Shown: positions 17,863 to 27,463 of the stretch, in pieces
How the letters are laid out: the number at the start of each line of letters is the position of its first letter
Position numbering within the stretch: the first letter of the stretch is position 1
From: a virus
Lineage: Duplodnaviria > Caudoviricetes
Strand: one strand, 5' to 3'
IMG/VR virus record: IMGVR_UViG_3300033076_001140
Span: 1-42,784 of that record
DNA length: 42,784 bases
Translations under genes and position numbers: made by a program
Notes under the pieces: model-generated
Databases searched by the model: none
The model's input: only the letters and a program-made list of their open reading frames with translations
Told to the model about the DNA's origin: nothing

Positions 17863-18072
17863 CTATTTCCAACCGCGAAGCAGTGCACCAAGGACGGCGG
17901 CTCCGATGGCAAGGCCGGCCGCCCACCACCGGTCCCGTATTTTGTTGGCCCGATCTTCGGCGCGCTCTTGGCGTCGGATCTCGGCTTCCTTTTCCTTTTG
18001 GGCCGCCTGCCACTCCCTGTCTTGTCGCTTTTGTTCCGCCTGCCATTCGGCCATCTGGTTCGCCAGCATCAT
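17863..18072 (-). CDS. Moron: coiled-coil + C-terminal TM protein, truncated paralogue of 17297..17785
   Basis: AAGGAG RBS; upstream in-frame PKEHREM; shared REWQ. Confidence 0.6.
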   Translation of the reverse strand: MMLANQMAEWQAEQKRQDREWQAAQKEKEAEIRRQERAEDRANKIRDRWWAAGLAIGAAVLGALLRGWK

Positions 18073-18119
18073 TTCCCGATGCTCCTTTGGATAGCTACTC
18101 CCGCCGTCCCTTGGGAGTG

Positions 18120-18148
18120 ATTGTATCCTGTCCGCCGGGCCTTTGCCA
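18120..18148 (-). promoter_or_regulatory. Sigma70-like promoter for the moron island (TGGCAA-N17-TACAAT)
   Basis: Near-consensus hexamers with 17-nt spacer. Confidence 0.6.
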
Positions 18149-18158
18149 TGATCCCGAT

Positions 18159-18189
18159 TTCAACTTTGGCCGCCCGCCGCGAATAGTTA
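18159..18189 (+). promoter_or_regulatory. Putative late promoter copy 3 (TTCAACT-N13-GCGAATAGTTA)
   Basis: Restarts the tail operon after the moron; ATG 18193 lies 3 nt downstream. Confidence 0.8.
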
Positions 18190-18192
18190 TCC

Positions 18193-18924
18193 ATGTCCAT
18201 CCTTCGCTACGGCGCGTACACGCACGCGGACGGGGAATGCCTCGTCTCGGTCCTGCCGTCGCTCTTCTACGGGGACGGCGGCCCGCCGCGCTACAAGGTG
18301 GAGTGGCGGATCATCTGCGAAATGATCGCCCCGTCGAACCTGTCCGGGTCCGCGGCGTCCCGCTACCTCGCTTCGCGCTTCCAGGTGATGCAGGCGGCCT
18401 ACGCCCAGCTCGGGAGGAATCTGGTCTACGAGTTCCCGTCGGGCACGCTCTTTCAGCAGATCCTTTGGAACGAGACCATCGACGGCATCCGCTTCGAGGG
18501 GCCTTCGTGGTCTCCGCAGGACGGCGAGGGCGCGACGAACATGATCGTCTCGATCACCGCGCGGGCGGAGGTGCCCGTGGCGGCTCCGTCCGGGATCGTC
18601 TCTTGGCGGGAGGAGGTCACGATGATCGGCGACGGCGGCCCGCTGGTCGTTTGGTCGGAACCGCTCCTCGACACGCCCAGGCCGATCCAGCTTCGGGCGA
18701 GGACCACGTACAAGGCGATCCACACCTGCGAAGCCGTCGGCCTGACCGAATACCCGAAGATCAGCCCGTTCTTCCGCAGCCGGCCGCCGCTGATGAACGA
18801 CCCCAGCTACCGCCGCGGATCGGCGACGAACATCAACGGAACCTTCCGCAACTTCCCGGTTTCCGGCCAGTGGCAGTACGAGTCCGCCACGCCATTGATT
18901 CTCTCGCCCCGGAGCTTCGCGTAA
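18193..18924 (+). CDS. Putative distal tail / tail-tip protein
   Basis: First sense gene after the tape measure; positional call. Confidence 0.5.
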   Translation: MSILRYGAYTHADGECLVSVLPSLFYGDGGPPRYKVEWRIICEMIAPSNLSGSAASRYLASRFQVMQAAYAQLGRNLVYEFPSGTLFQQILWNETIDGIRFEGPSWSPQDGEGATNMIVSITARAEVPVAAPSGIVSWREEVTMIGDGGPLVVWSEPLLDTPRPIQLRARTTYKAIHTCEAVGLTEYPKISPFFRSRPPLMNDPSYRRGSATNINGTFRNFPVSGQWQYESATPLILSPRSFA

Positions 18925-18925
18925 C

Positions 18926-20185
18926 ATGGCGACCAAGATCTGGACCGGCAACGCCCTGGCGACGACGCACCAGGTGAGCCTGACGCCCGGCGGCACCATC
19001 GAGGCCGGCGACCTGTTCAAGGCGACGATCAACGGCAAGACGCTCTCCGTCGCGGCCCCGGACACGACCGCCGCCGCCCTGTGCCTGGCGTTCGCTTCCG
19101 CCTGGGCGGCCCTGGACGCCACCGTTTACCCGGAGTTCTCGGAGATCGACGCCACGCTCGACGACGCAACGACGCCGACGAAGGTCTACCTGACCGCCCG
19201 CTCGGCGGGGGTTCCGTTCACGATTACGGCGGCGACGACGGAGTCGGGCGGAGGGGCGGCCGATGCGCAGACGTGGACGCTGGCCACGATCACGACGGCC
19301 ACCGGGCCGATGCATTGGGACAACACGGCGAATTGGGAAGGCGGCGTCTTGCCCGTCTCGACCGACGACGTGATTATCGACGTTCCCTTCGCCCGCATCC
19401 GCTACGGCATCGACCAGAACGCGGTGACGCTGGCAAGCCTGTTCATCCGTGGGGACATCGAGATCGGCCTGCCGCGCATCGCGGGATCCACGGGAGCGCA
19501 GTATCTGCAATACCTGGAAACCTACCTGAAGATCAGCGCGACGAAGGTCTACATCGCCAGCACGGCCAGCGTCATCAAGATCAACACCGGGACCAACGCG
19601 ACCGCGATTACGGTGGACGCCACGGGCCAGCCGGAGGACGAGACTTCGCCGGCATTCCAGTGGAAGGGGGCCCACGCTTCGAACGCCATCTACCGCAACG
19701 CCGGTTCGGTGGGGATCGCGGTCAACCCGGGCGAGACCGCCACGCTGCCCACGCTCGGCATCGGAGGCGAAGGCAACGACGAGGGACTACCGGTCGTCAT
19801 CGGCTCGGGAACGACGCTCACGACCATGAAGCAGTCGGCGGGCACGGTGAACCTGTATTGTGCGGCGACGACGATCAACAAGACGGGCGGGATCCTGAAC
19901 ATCCTCGGGAACAACTCGCTCACGCTGGCCGCGCTCAACGACTACGGCGGCGAGACGAACTGGTTCGCACCGGGCACGATCACCGCCCTGACCTCCTCGG
20001 TGCCGCTCTTCCGCAAGGGCCACCAGGCGGGCACGATCACGAACGCGACGATCACGGACCCGGCGGCATTCCCGCGCGACCCGAACAAGACGATCACCTA
20101 CTCCAACGCGGTCGTTCTTCCTTCGGGCGGCCTGTCCGTGCTGGACATCGGGCCCGCGATGAAGATCCTCCCATCGGCGGTGTGA
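18926..20185 (+). CDS. Tail-associated Thr/Gly-rich beta-structured protein
   Basis: WDNTANW..GVLP..TDDV motif and beta-helix-like C-terminus. Confidence 0.55.
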   Translation: MATKIWTGNALATTHQVSLTPGGTIEAGDLFKATINGKTLSVAAPDTTAAALCLAFASAWAALDATVYPEFSEIDATLDDATTPTKVYLTARSAGVPFTITAATTESGGGAADAQTWTLATITTATGPMHWDNTANWEGGVLPVSTDDVIIDVPFARIRYGIDQNAVTLASLFIRGDIEIGLPRIAGSTGAQYLQYLETYLKISATKVYIASTASVIKINTGTNATAITVDATGQPEDETSPAFQWKGAHASNAIYRNAGSVGIAVNPGETATLPTLGIGGEGNDEGLPVVIGSGTTLTTMKQSAGTVNLYCAATTINKTGGILNILGNNSLTLAALNDYGGETNWFAPGTITALTSSVPLFRKGHQAGTITNATITDPAAFPRDPNKTITYSNAVVLPSGGLSVLDIGPAMKILPSAV

Positions 20186-20186
20186 C

Positions 20187-21932
20187 ATGCTGACCCCCTA
20201 TGCCACCTGGCCGGGCGCTTCGGGCGTCCTGTCCGCCGAATACACCTGTTCGCACGGGATCCAGCCGTCCGTCGCCACGCTGCTCGTGGAGCAGGCGAAC
20301 GCGGCGGCGGTCTCGAAGTTCGGCACGCTCACGTTCACCGACGGCGAATCGACGATCAATCTGAAGGGCTGCCGCATCGACCAAGGGCGGCTGGCCGACG
20401 GGCAGCGGAACATCGCCTTCCTGGTTCTCGACCGCCGCTGGAAGTGGCAGTACAAGACGATCAGCGGCGTTTACAACGAGCGGGATCCGATTACGGGGGC
20501 GATCAAGAAGGAGACGAAGAAGAAACCGCGCGAACTGGTCGACCTCTTGATGAAGGCCCTCGGCGAGGACAAGTACGGAGCGGACAAGTTCCCGGAGATT
20601 CCCGAGCGTGACTGGCCGTCGGTCGAGTGGGACGATTCCCCGGCCGCGGTCGAGCTGGAGAATCTGATCCAACCGTGGGGATTCCGGGTCGTCTACCGCC
20701 CGGTGCCCGACGACGTGAGGCTCTGCCGGCTCGGCGAGGGCGACGACCTGCCTTCCGGCGGTGAGGTGCAGCAGGCGGCGGCCGTCGATCTCCCCGAGAC
20801 GCCGGCGAAGTTCAAGCTGGTCGGCCGGCCTTACAACTACGCCTGCGCCATCCTTCTCGAAGCCGTGGGGCTGGAACTGAATGGCGAGGTGAAGAAGCTC
20901 GACGACCTGTCCTACAAGCCTTCCGGCGGATGGGGGCGTTGCATGCCTCCGACGTTCCCGAACCTGACCGTCCCCGAGGCTGTTCCCGGAGCGGGGGCGG
21001 CGCTCTTCCCGTTCATTCCTGGGATCAAGCTGGCGGCCGCCACGCAGAAGGAATACGAGGCCCTTGCGCGGGAGCACGTCTACCGCACCTTTCGGATCAC
21101 GACCAAGGGCCCGAACGGGAAGTCGTTGCGGGTGCCCGGCTACGAGGAACAGATCTCCTCGATCGACCAACTCATTCCGCAGAATGCCGTCTTCACCAAC
21201 GAGCTGGACACCAAGGGGAAGCAGTTCGACGATGGGGCGAAGGTCTACGGCGTCTACTGCCCCGGCGAGTTCAACAACTACGCAACGACCGCGAGGAAAA
21301 CCAAGGTCGATGTCGGGTTCTCCATTGACCCGGTGCAGGGCCTCGTGAAGTTCGAGAAGCCGATGATCCGCTGGCGGCCGAAGGCGACGACCGACCCGAA
21401 CGGCAGCGCGGAGCGGGCCAAGTACGAGGGCGACGTCGAGGAGGGGACCGTGGCGCCGGCCTGGCTCGTGCTGGTCTGCTCGGTGCAGGTCCGCGACGAC
21501 AACCGGGCCTTGCAGCGGTTCACGCATTCCATCGACGGCGACAAGAAAAACGGCGTCGGGGAGATGGTGATCCGCCGCGAGGACGTCGGCTTCAACTACT
21601 ACCGCGAATATGACCCGACGACGTGGGAGGTCACCGTCCCGAAGAACGAGGCGAAGATCGAGAAGGAGCAGAAGAAGAACGCCGAAACGCTGCTCGGCCT
21701 GGTCAAGGCGACGTTCGTCGAGAAGCCGACCGAGGAACGCCACTATGACCACCTCGTCCCCATCGACCCGGACGGCAAGGTCCAGCAGGTGACGTGGTCC
21801 GTGGGCAGGACGACGACGCTCACGCGGGCCAGCAGCAACTCGGAGCACCAGGTCTACCTGCCTTCCTTCGAGACGCGGCAGGTCCGGGAGAGGCTGAAGA
21901 TCGTCGTCGGCGAAAGGTGGGAGTTGAAGTGA
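20187..21932 (+). CDS. Putative baseplate hub / tail-tip protein
   Basis: 581 aa, DRRWKW motif, position. Confidence 0.55.
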   Translation: MLTPYATWPGASGVLSAEYTCSHGIQPSVATLLVEQANAAAVSKFGTLTFTDGESTINLKGCRIDQGRLADGQRNIAFLVLDRRWKWQYKTISGVYNERDPITGAIKKETKKKPRELVDLLMKALGEDKYGADKFPEIPERDWPSVEWDDSPAAVELENLIQPWGFRVVYRPVPDDVRLCRLGEGDDLPSGGEVQQAAAVDLPETPAKFKLVGRPYNYACAILLEAVGLELNGEVKKLDDLSYKPSGGWGRCMPPTFPNLTVPEAVPGAGAALFPFIPGIKLAAATQKEYEALAREHVYRTFRITTKGPNGKSLRVPGYEEQISSIDQLIPQNAVFTNELDTKGKQFDDGAKVYGVYCPGEFNNYATTARKTKVDVGFSIDPVQGLVKFEKPMIRWRPKATTDPNGSAERAKYEGDVEEGTVAPAWLVLVCSVQVRDDNRALQRFTHSIDGDKKNGVGEMVIRREDVGFNYYREYDPTTWEVTVPKNEAKIEKEQKKNAETLLGLVKATFVEKPTEERHYDHLVPIDPDGKVQQVTWSVGRTTTLTRASSNSEHQVYLPSFETRQVRERLKIVVGERWELK

Positions 21933-22375
21933 TGCGAGACACCCCGCCGGGCGACGTGCAGCGGTGGCTGCGCGTCCGGAATGAAACCTCGGAGGAGATC
22001 CCGCCGTTCGCCGCGATGCGAATGACGGGGCTTACGACGACCTCCACCGGAACGGTCATCAACGTCGCCAAGCCGAACACCGACAGCGCGACGGCGATGA
22101 TCCTGTTCAATGGGCCCGTCGCCATCCCCGCCAATAAGGACGGCATCGGCACCCGGACCTTCCCGCTGACCGCCGCCTACGACACTGCGGACGGGACGCC
22201 GGCCGCCGGCGACAAATGGGGCCCGGCCGCATCCTCCTGGAAGCTGAAGAACGCCAGCGATCAGAAGGGATACATGTTCATCGGCGCCGGCGAGGACGGT
22301 TTCGGCCCGGTGGTCGAAGCGGGCGGGCTGTACACCCTCGATTGCGACACGCTCACGATCACGGGGCCGACCTGA
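21932..22375 (+). CDS. Hypothetical tail protein
   Basis: TGATG-coupled; VRNETSEEIPPFA motif. Confidence 0.6.
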   Translation: MRDTPPGDVQRWLRVRNETSEEIPPFAAMRMTGLTTTSTGTVINVAKPNTDSATAMILFNGPVAIPANKDGIGTRTFPLTAAYDTADGTPAAGDKWGPAASSWKLKNASDQKGYMFIGAGEDGFGPVVEAGGLYTLDCDTLTITGPT

Positions 22376-22989
22376 TGCCAGTCACCGTTGCCGCTTCCTC
22401 GTTGAAGGAGGCCCTGGAACTGCTGGCCGCCGACATCGCGGAGTGCTGCGGATGCGAAAGCTGCTGCGTCGGCGAGCGGTGCTGGATTAATGACTGCCCG
22501 GGCGGGATGGTTTCGACCGGATACACCGCCGCCTTGACGGTCGATTGGGCGACGTTGCTGACCGATTGCAATGTCTGCGAGGCCCTGCTGCCCGGGACGC
22601 TCAACTTCACCAACAGCACGGTCCTTGGGGATCCCGGATACTACCTGACCTACGCCGCCTGCGTGATGGAGGGAGGCGATGCCTACGGGATTGCCGACGA
22701 CACTTCCACCTACACGCTGACCGATGGCGACACCTACTGCCTGATGGACATCCAGGTTTTCCTTGTCTGCATCGACGGCGTCCCGAATCTTCAGGTCTTC
22801 ATCGGCGTCGAGCAGGGATGCATCCCGGACGGAAGGCCTTGCCCCGGCTCGGCGGAGATCTGCAACGAGGCATTCGAGTTATACGTCCCGCTGTCTTCCA
22901 CCTGCGGCCCGGGAGACGCCGTCCGCATCCAAGGATCCTCGGGGCCGCTGACGGTCGACTTCACATTCACCTACGAGTGCGCTCCATGA
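22375..22989 (+). CDS. Cys-rich acidic hypothetical protein
   Basis: CCGCESCC N-terminus; coupled start. Confidence 0.6.
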   Translation: MPVTVAASSLKEALELLAADIAECCGCESCCVGERCWINDCPGGMVSTGYTAALTVDWATLLTDCNVCEALLPGTLNFTNSTVLGDPGYYLTYAACVMEGGDAYGIADDTSTYTLTDGDTYCLMDIQVFLVCIDGVPNLQVFIGVEQGCIPDGRPCPGSAEICNEAFELYVPLSSTCGPGDAVRIQGSSGPLTVDFTFTYECAP

Positions 22990-23306
22990 GAACACCGGAG
23001 GAAAACCGGGAAATCTACCGCCAGCGCATGGCGGAGCGTGGCCGCATCATCACAGGCTTCCGGTCGATCCAGACGGGAGGGGCCAAGCCGGAACGCAAAC
23101 CCCCCGAGGCGCTATACCCCTGCCGCTACCTCCTGCCCGTCATCGAGAAAACCGACGCCGCCGGCCTCGCATGCTCCTGTCCGGGCAAGTGGCTCCGCGG
23201 CTGCGAAGTTCACGGCCAATGCCGCATCGAGCAGGAGAGCGTGGACGGCTGCTGCCGGACCTGCGAGCAGCGTTCGATTTCAGTTTTGCCCGCCTCCCGC
23301 GAATAG
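22986..23306 (+). CDS. Small Cys-rich protein
   Basis: PCRYL, CSC, CEVHGQC, CCRTCE motifs. Confidence 0.6.
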   Translation: MRTPEENREIYRQRMAERGRIITGFRSIQTGGAKPERKPPEALYPCRYLLPVIEKTDAAGLACSCPGKWLRGCEVHGQCRIEQESVDGCCRTCEQRSISVLPASRE

Positions 23307-23309
23307 TTA
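23279..23309 (+). promoter_or_regulatory. Putative late promoter copy 4 (TTCAGTT-N13-GCGAATAGTTA)
   Basis: ATG 23314 lies 4 nt downstream. Confidence 0.8.
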
Positions 23310-23313
23310 TTAC

Positions 23314-25122
23314 ATGCTGACTGGTCTTTCAGGACTGAGCGGGCTTTCGGGCGTGGCGGGAGGCTCCGTTCCCTTCGCCTTCTGGTTCGCCGCGTCCGAG
23401 CCTTCCGGTTTGGCTTTGCGCGACAGCAACGAAAATCCCGTCGCTGTGACCTGGAACGGCACCGCCCTAGAAACGGACAGGCCGAGTGCCGTCAATGTCA
23501 TCGCGGGCGACATACTGTCCGCCGCGACCAAGTTGGATCTGCTAAGGTTCACTACGCTGCGACTCCTTGCAATCGGCTCGACGCAGATTGATGAGATCCG
23601 CGATCTCGGCAAAGCCAGCTTGCAGGAAATCTACCTGGGCGACATTATCGGCCTCGAGGCTCTGAATCTGGCCGGTGCGACGGGTCTGACGCGCCTGGAG
23701 CTCATCGCGAACACGGACCTGACGACGTTGACCGGCCTTTCCGCCGGTGCCGCTACGTTGGAGTACGTGCGGATCCTGGATTGTGACGTGGCGACGCTGT
23801 CGCTGCCTGGCTTCGTGGCGGCGACCCTCGTGCAGACGGGGTCGACTTCGCTGGTCAGCTTCAGCGGGTCGTACAGTTCGCTTCTTGATACGTTCGGTAT
23901 CGTCAGCCTGTCGCCGCTCTGTACATCGCTCAGCGTGGAAAACGCGCCGAACGTATCGGAGATTCTCGGCCTGGAAGACGGGTACGTGCCGAATCTCCAG
24001 TCTTTGACGTTGACGAACGTCGGCAGCTACTATGTGCCGCCCGCCCGCCTGCCCGATCTGCGCGTCCTCTCCGTTACCGACATGCCCAACTTCATGCGGT
24101 TCGACATCGACGCGGCGGACGGCGTGGTCAGCACGAAGGACACGGTGTTGGAGCAGTTGACGTTGGACAACTGCCCAGGAGTCACGACGCTCGACACGAT
24201 CAATACTTGCACGACGTTGACGGATCTGACGATTCGGAACATGCCTGAATTGACGTGGGATGGTGTTCCGGATTCGCTGCTGCGGCTTACTATCGAAGGC
24301 GATTTTTCCGGCAGCGTTGTGGCAAACAGCAAGCCGATTCAAGAAGTAAGTTTGACAGGGTTTACGTCCGCTCCTGAGTGGGACATCTCCTTTGCATTTT
24401 GCAACGCTCTCACGTCGATCAACATTGCGACTAGTTTTATCAGCTACTTGACACTGGGGAATTGTAGCGGTCTTCAGGAACTGACTTTGGACGCCTTTAC
24501 GGCGTCAGCTATCGGGGCCGTCAATGTATCGGGGTCTCCGTCGCTCAACGAATTGCCTGACTTTATCGGCGCGTCTGCTTTGACGCAGTTTTCGGCTTAC
24601 GATCTGGCGGCGTTGTCTCAATTACCAAGCTTTGCGGCGTGCGAAACGGTGTCCGACATCGCCTTCACAAACTGCGGAACGGTCCCCATGCCACCGCCAG
24701 ATGTTGGTGGCTGTATAGGTTTAGCGTTTTTTTTGATCAGCGGAACGCCGCTTACAACGCCTCCAGCCGTGGCTGGGCTTAGTGCTTTGGAGTTTCTGGT
24801 TCTTCCGAACTGTGGTTTGACAAGCCCGCCAAGCCTGATGGCTTGCACCAATCTGCAATTGCTCTTGTTGTCCGATAACCCGCTGGCAGCCGCGCCGGAA
24901 TATCTATCTGCTTACTGCCCTGCGCTCAGCGAGGCTTACTTCCAAAACTGCAGCTTTGACCAGGCCCAGGTGGACATCGTGCTGGCGGATTTCGCCTACG
25001 GAACGGTGTCATACGGCACGCTCGATCTTCGCGTCTCCGATGGCATTGTGCCGTCGGCCGCCGGGTTGGCGGACAAGGCGACGCTGGAAAGCCGAGGCTG
25101 GACTGTATTGGTCAATTCTTAG
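23314..25122 (+). CDS. Leucine-rich repeat protein
   Basis: Many LxxLxLxNC/N repeats; C-terminal VDIVL..LESRGWTV cap; start set by the promoter motif. Confidence 0.8.
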   Translation: MLTGLSGLSGLSGVAGGSVPFAFWFAASEPSGLALRDSNENPVAVTWNGTALETDRPSAVNVIAGDILSAATKLDLLRFTTLRLLAIGSTQIDEIRDLGKASLQEIYLGDIIGLEALNLAGATGLTRLELIANTDLTTLTGLSAGAATLEYVRILDCDVATLSLPGFVAATLVQTGSTSLVSFSGSYSSLLDTFGIVSLSPLCTSLSVENAPNVSEILGLEDGYVPNLQSLTLTNVGSYYVPPARLPDLRVLSVTDMPNFMRFDIDAADGVVSTKDTVLEQLTLDNCPGVTTLDTINTCTTLTDLTIRNMPELTWDGVPDSLLRLTIEGDFSGSVVANSKPIQEVSLTGFTSAPEWDISFAFCNALTSINIATSFISYLTLGNCSGLQELTLDAFTASAIGAVNVSGSPSLNELPDFIGASALTQFSAYDLAALSQLPSFAACETVSDIAFTNCGTVPMPPPDVGGCIGLAFFLISGTPLTTPPAVAGLSALEFLVLPNCGLTSPPSLMACTNLQLLLLSDNPLAAAPEYLSAYCPALSEAYFQNCSFDQAQVDIVLADFAYGTVSYGTLDLRVSDGIVPSAAGLADKATLESRGWTVLVNS

Positions 25123-25136
25123 ATGGAGCCGAAATC

Positions 25137-25451
25137 ATGCCGATTCAATCGAACGATGCTCCGGTGACAATTCCGGAGTTCAAGAGCAACGGAGCTTATG
25201 GACTCTCCCAGGTCAGCCTCACGACGAACATCAAGTCGGGAGTCGTGACGGCCGTGGCCACGCTGACGCCGGTCAGCGAAACAGCTTGGGCTCCGACGCG
25301 TGAGCACGACAAGCGGCTGATCATCGGCGACCTCGCCAAGGAAGTCGGGGCCCTCAAGGACTCGGACGCGCTGGCGGAATTGCAGGCGGTGCAGGTGGGA
25401 CTGTTGTCGCTGACCCAGCGGCTCGCCAAGGCCAAGAAGATCATCGCGTGA
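25137..25451 (+). CDS. Hypothetical protein
   Basis: GGAG RBS; phage-like codon usage. Confidence 0.65.
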   Translation: MPIQSNDAPVTIPEFKSNGAYGLSQVSLTTNIKSGVVTAVATLTPVSETAWAPTREHDKRLIIGDLAKEVGALKDSDALAELQAVQVGLLSLTQRLAKAKKIIA

Positions 25452-25508
25452 TTCGGCTACCGTTTGCGTCGTTCCTGTCCATCATCGATATTCCTCAAGG
25501 AGTTTTCC

Positions 25509-26129
25509 ATGCGTTTGCTTTCGTTCGTTGCCTTGCTGTTCTTCGGCTGTCTGGCGTTCGGCCAGCAGCTTCCGAACGAGGTCCGCACGCCGGTCAACGG
25601 CTCGGCGGTCGTCCAGCCGGACGCGGCGGGCAAGATCGTTGTGGTCGGGGCACACCAGGCCGGCGTGACGCTGGCACCCGGATCGCTGACCGTCGGCGGG
25701 CAGACGATACCGGTCGTCGTGGCCAGCGCGGACGGCTCGCCGGTTCCCCCGCAGCCGGGGCCGAACCCGCCGGCACCGGACAACGATCCCAAGCTCAAGG
25801 AATTCGAGGAAGCCTTCGCCGCGGACACGGCGCCGGACAAGAAGGTGCTGGCCTCCAAGATCAGCGAGCGCTACCGGCTCGCCGCCAAGGCCATCCGTGA
25901 AGGCAAGGCCGCCGGGTTCAACGGGGAGCAGCTCCGCGAACTGCTGAAGAACCTCGTGGCCGACTTGCTGCTCGGTGACAAGCTGTCCGCGATCCGGCAC
26001 CTGATCGCGTTCCTGCTGGCGGAGATCCTGCCGGCCGACCTGTCGCAGCCGCTGACGCCGGAGACGCTGAACCGGGCCGCGAACCAGTTCGACCGGGTCG
26101 CCAAACTCTTGGAAAGGCTGGGCAAGTGA
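25509..26129 (+). CDS. Secreted protein with Pro-rich linker
   Basis: AAGGAG RBS; signal peptide MRLLSFVALLFFGCLAFG; PVPPQPGPNPPAP. Confidence 0.7.
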   Translation: MRLLSFVALLFFGCLAFGQQLPNEVRTPVNGSAVVQPDAAGKIVVVGAHQAGVTLAPGSLTVGGQTIPVVVASADGSPVPPQPGPNPPAPDNDPKLKEFEEAFAADTAPDKKVLASKISERYRLAAKAIREGKAAGFNGEQLRELLKNLVADLLLGDKLSAIRHLIAFLLAEILPADLSQPLTPETLNRAANQFDRVAKLLERLGK

Positions 26130-26214
26130 TGGTCGATGCCGAGTCCCTGCTGAAAGAGATCGAGGAGGCCATCGAGGCCGACGAGCCGATCATCTACGAC
26201 CTCGGAGGCGAGGC

Positions 26215-26358
26215 ATGAACGCGATCGCTCCCAAGCTGGAGGCCCTTGGCGAAGCTGTGGGCTTCTTCTGCTACGCCGTCCCTGTCGCCCTGTTCGTCAT
26301 GTCCGTGGCCGTCGTCGCGGCGGCGGTGATTTCGAGGAGGTGGAAGAATGGCGGATGA
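26215..26358 (+). CDS. Small single-TM protein (holin candidate)
   Basis: 47 aa MNAIAPKLEALGEAVGFFCYAVPVALFVMSVAVVAAAVISRRWKNGG; upstream of the peptidase. Confidence 0.4.
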   Translation: MNAIAPKLEALGEAVGFFCYAVPVALFVMSVAVVAAAVISRRWKNGG

Positions 26359-27463
26359 AGTCAAGCTGCCGTGGTACAAGCGGATCAACGAGAAGTGGGT
26401 CAACTGGGCGCTGACCGTGCTGCTGACCGTCGTGGTCGGCTACCTGCTCGGCCGGCCCGCGACACCGATCCCGACGCCGCCCGATGAACCGATCTTCGGC
26501 GGGTGGGTCAAGAACGACGACGCGGTCCGCGAGGTTCGCCAGGGCCTGCCGACGCCTTTCTTCGCCGACACCGAGGCCGGCAAGGACGACATATTCGGAA
26601 CGCCGGAGTCGGTCTACCTCTGGAAGGCCCAGGTCAAGGTGACGGGCTCCCTGCTCGGCCCCTACGACCAGAACCCCGTTGGTTCCTGCGTGGCATTCGG
26701 GACGACCTACGCGACCGAGGCTTCGCTGTGCGTGGCCATCAGCCAAGGCGACATGCAGGAGTTCCGGAGCTTCTCCCGCGAGATCGTCTACGGTGGCTCG
26801 CGCGTCCAGATCGGCAAGGGCCGCATCCGGGGGGATGGTTCCGTTGGGGCGTGGGCCGCGCAGTTCGTCAACGAGTTCGGCAACCTTCCCCGCGACCGCT
26901 ACGACGGCTACGACCTACGCGAGTACAACCCATCGACGTGCCGCGAGTTCGGCGCCCGTGGCGTGCCGGCCGCGCTGCTGCCCAAGACGAAGGACTACCC
27001 GGTACAAGGGATTGCCCAGGTCCGCAACGTCGGCGAGGCGAGGAAGGCCCTCGCCAACGGCTACGCAATCGCGGTCTGTTCCTCGCAGGGGTTCACCCGC
27101 CAGCGTGACGCCGACGGCTTCTGCCGCGCGTCCGGAATCTGGCAGCATTGCATGGCGATCGACGGCTATCAGAGCGGCCGCCGGCCCGGATTCCACGTCG
27201 TCAACTCGTGGGGCGGCAACTACCACACCGGGCCGACCGGAGCGGGCGAGCCGAACTCCGCCGGGTTCTGGGCCGACGAAGCGACCGTTGACCGGATGCT
27301 GTCCCAAGGCGACTCGTGGGCATTCAGCGGCGTCAAGGGATTCAAGAAAAACAAGCTGCCGCCGTGGTTTGTGCGGCATGAGCCGACCATTCGCCCGCTG
27401 GAATTCCAACCTTTCGCCCGCTTTGAAAAGAAGGAGAACGTGAACTATGCGCTCGGAATCTGA
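26348..27463 (+). CDS. Papain-like C1 cysteine peptidase with N-terminal TM anchor
   Basis: Q..VGSCVAF (Cys), WQHCMAIDGY (His), VVNSWG (Asn). Confidence 0.88.
   Translation: MADEVKLPWYKRINEKWVNWALTVLLTVVVGYLLGRPATPIPTPPDEPIFGGWVKNDDAVREVRQGLPTPFFADTEAGKDDIFGTPESVYLWKAQVKVTGSLLGPYDQNPVGSCVAFGTTYATEASLCVAISQGDMQEFRSFSREIVYGGSRVQIGKGRIRGDGSVGAWAAQFVNEFGNLPRDRYDGYDLREYNPSTCREFGARGVPAALLPKTKDYPVQGIAQVRNVGEARKALANGYAIAVCSSQGFTRQRDADGFCRASGIWQHCMAIDGYQSGRRPGFHVVNSWGGNYHTGPTGAGEPNSAGFWADEATVDRMLSQGDSWAFSGVKGFKKNKLPPWFVRHEPTIRPLEFQPFARFEKKENVNYALGI

Noticed and set aside
17655-18192. Plus-strand 440-aa ORF spanning the moron island
   Set aside because: Low-complexity translation; conflicts with minus-strand genes that have promoters/RBS and with the promoter-defined start at 18193
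22375-25122. Diversity-generating retroelement target or invertible tail-fibre cassette
   Set aside because: No reverse transcriptase, TR/VR pair, invertase or flanking inverted repeats seen
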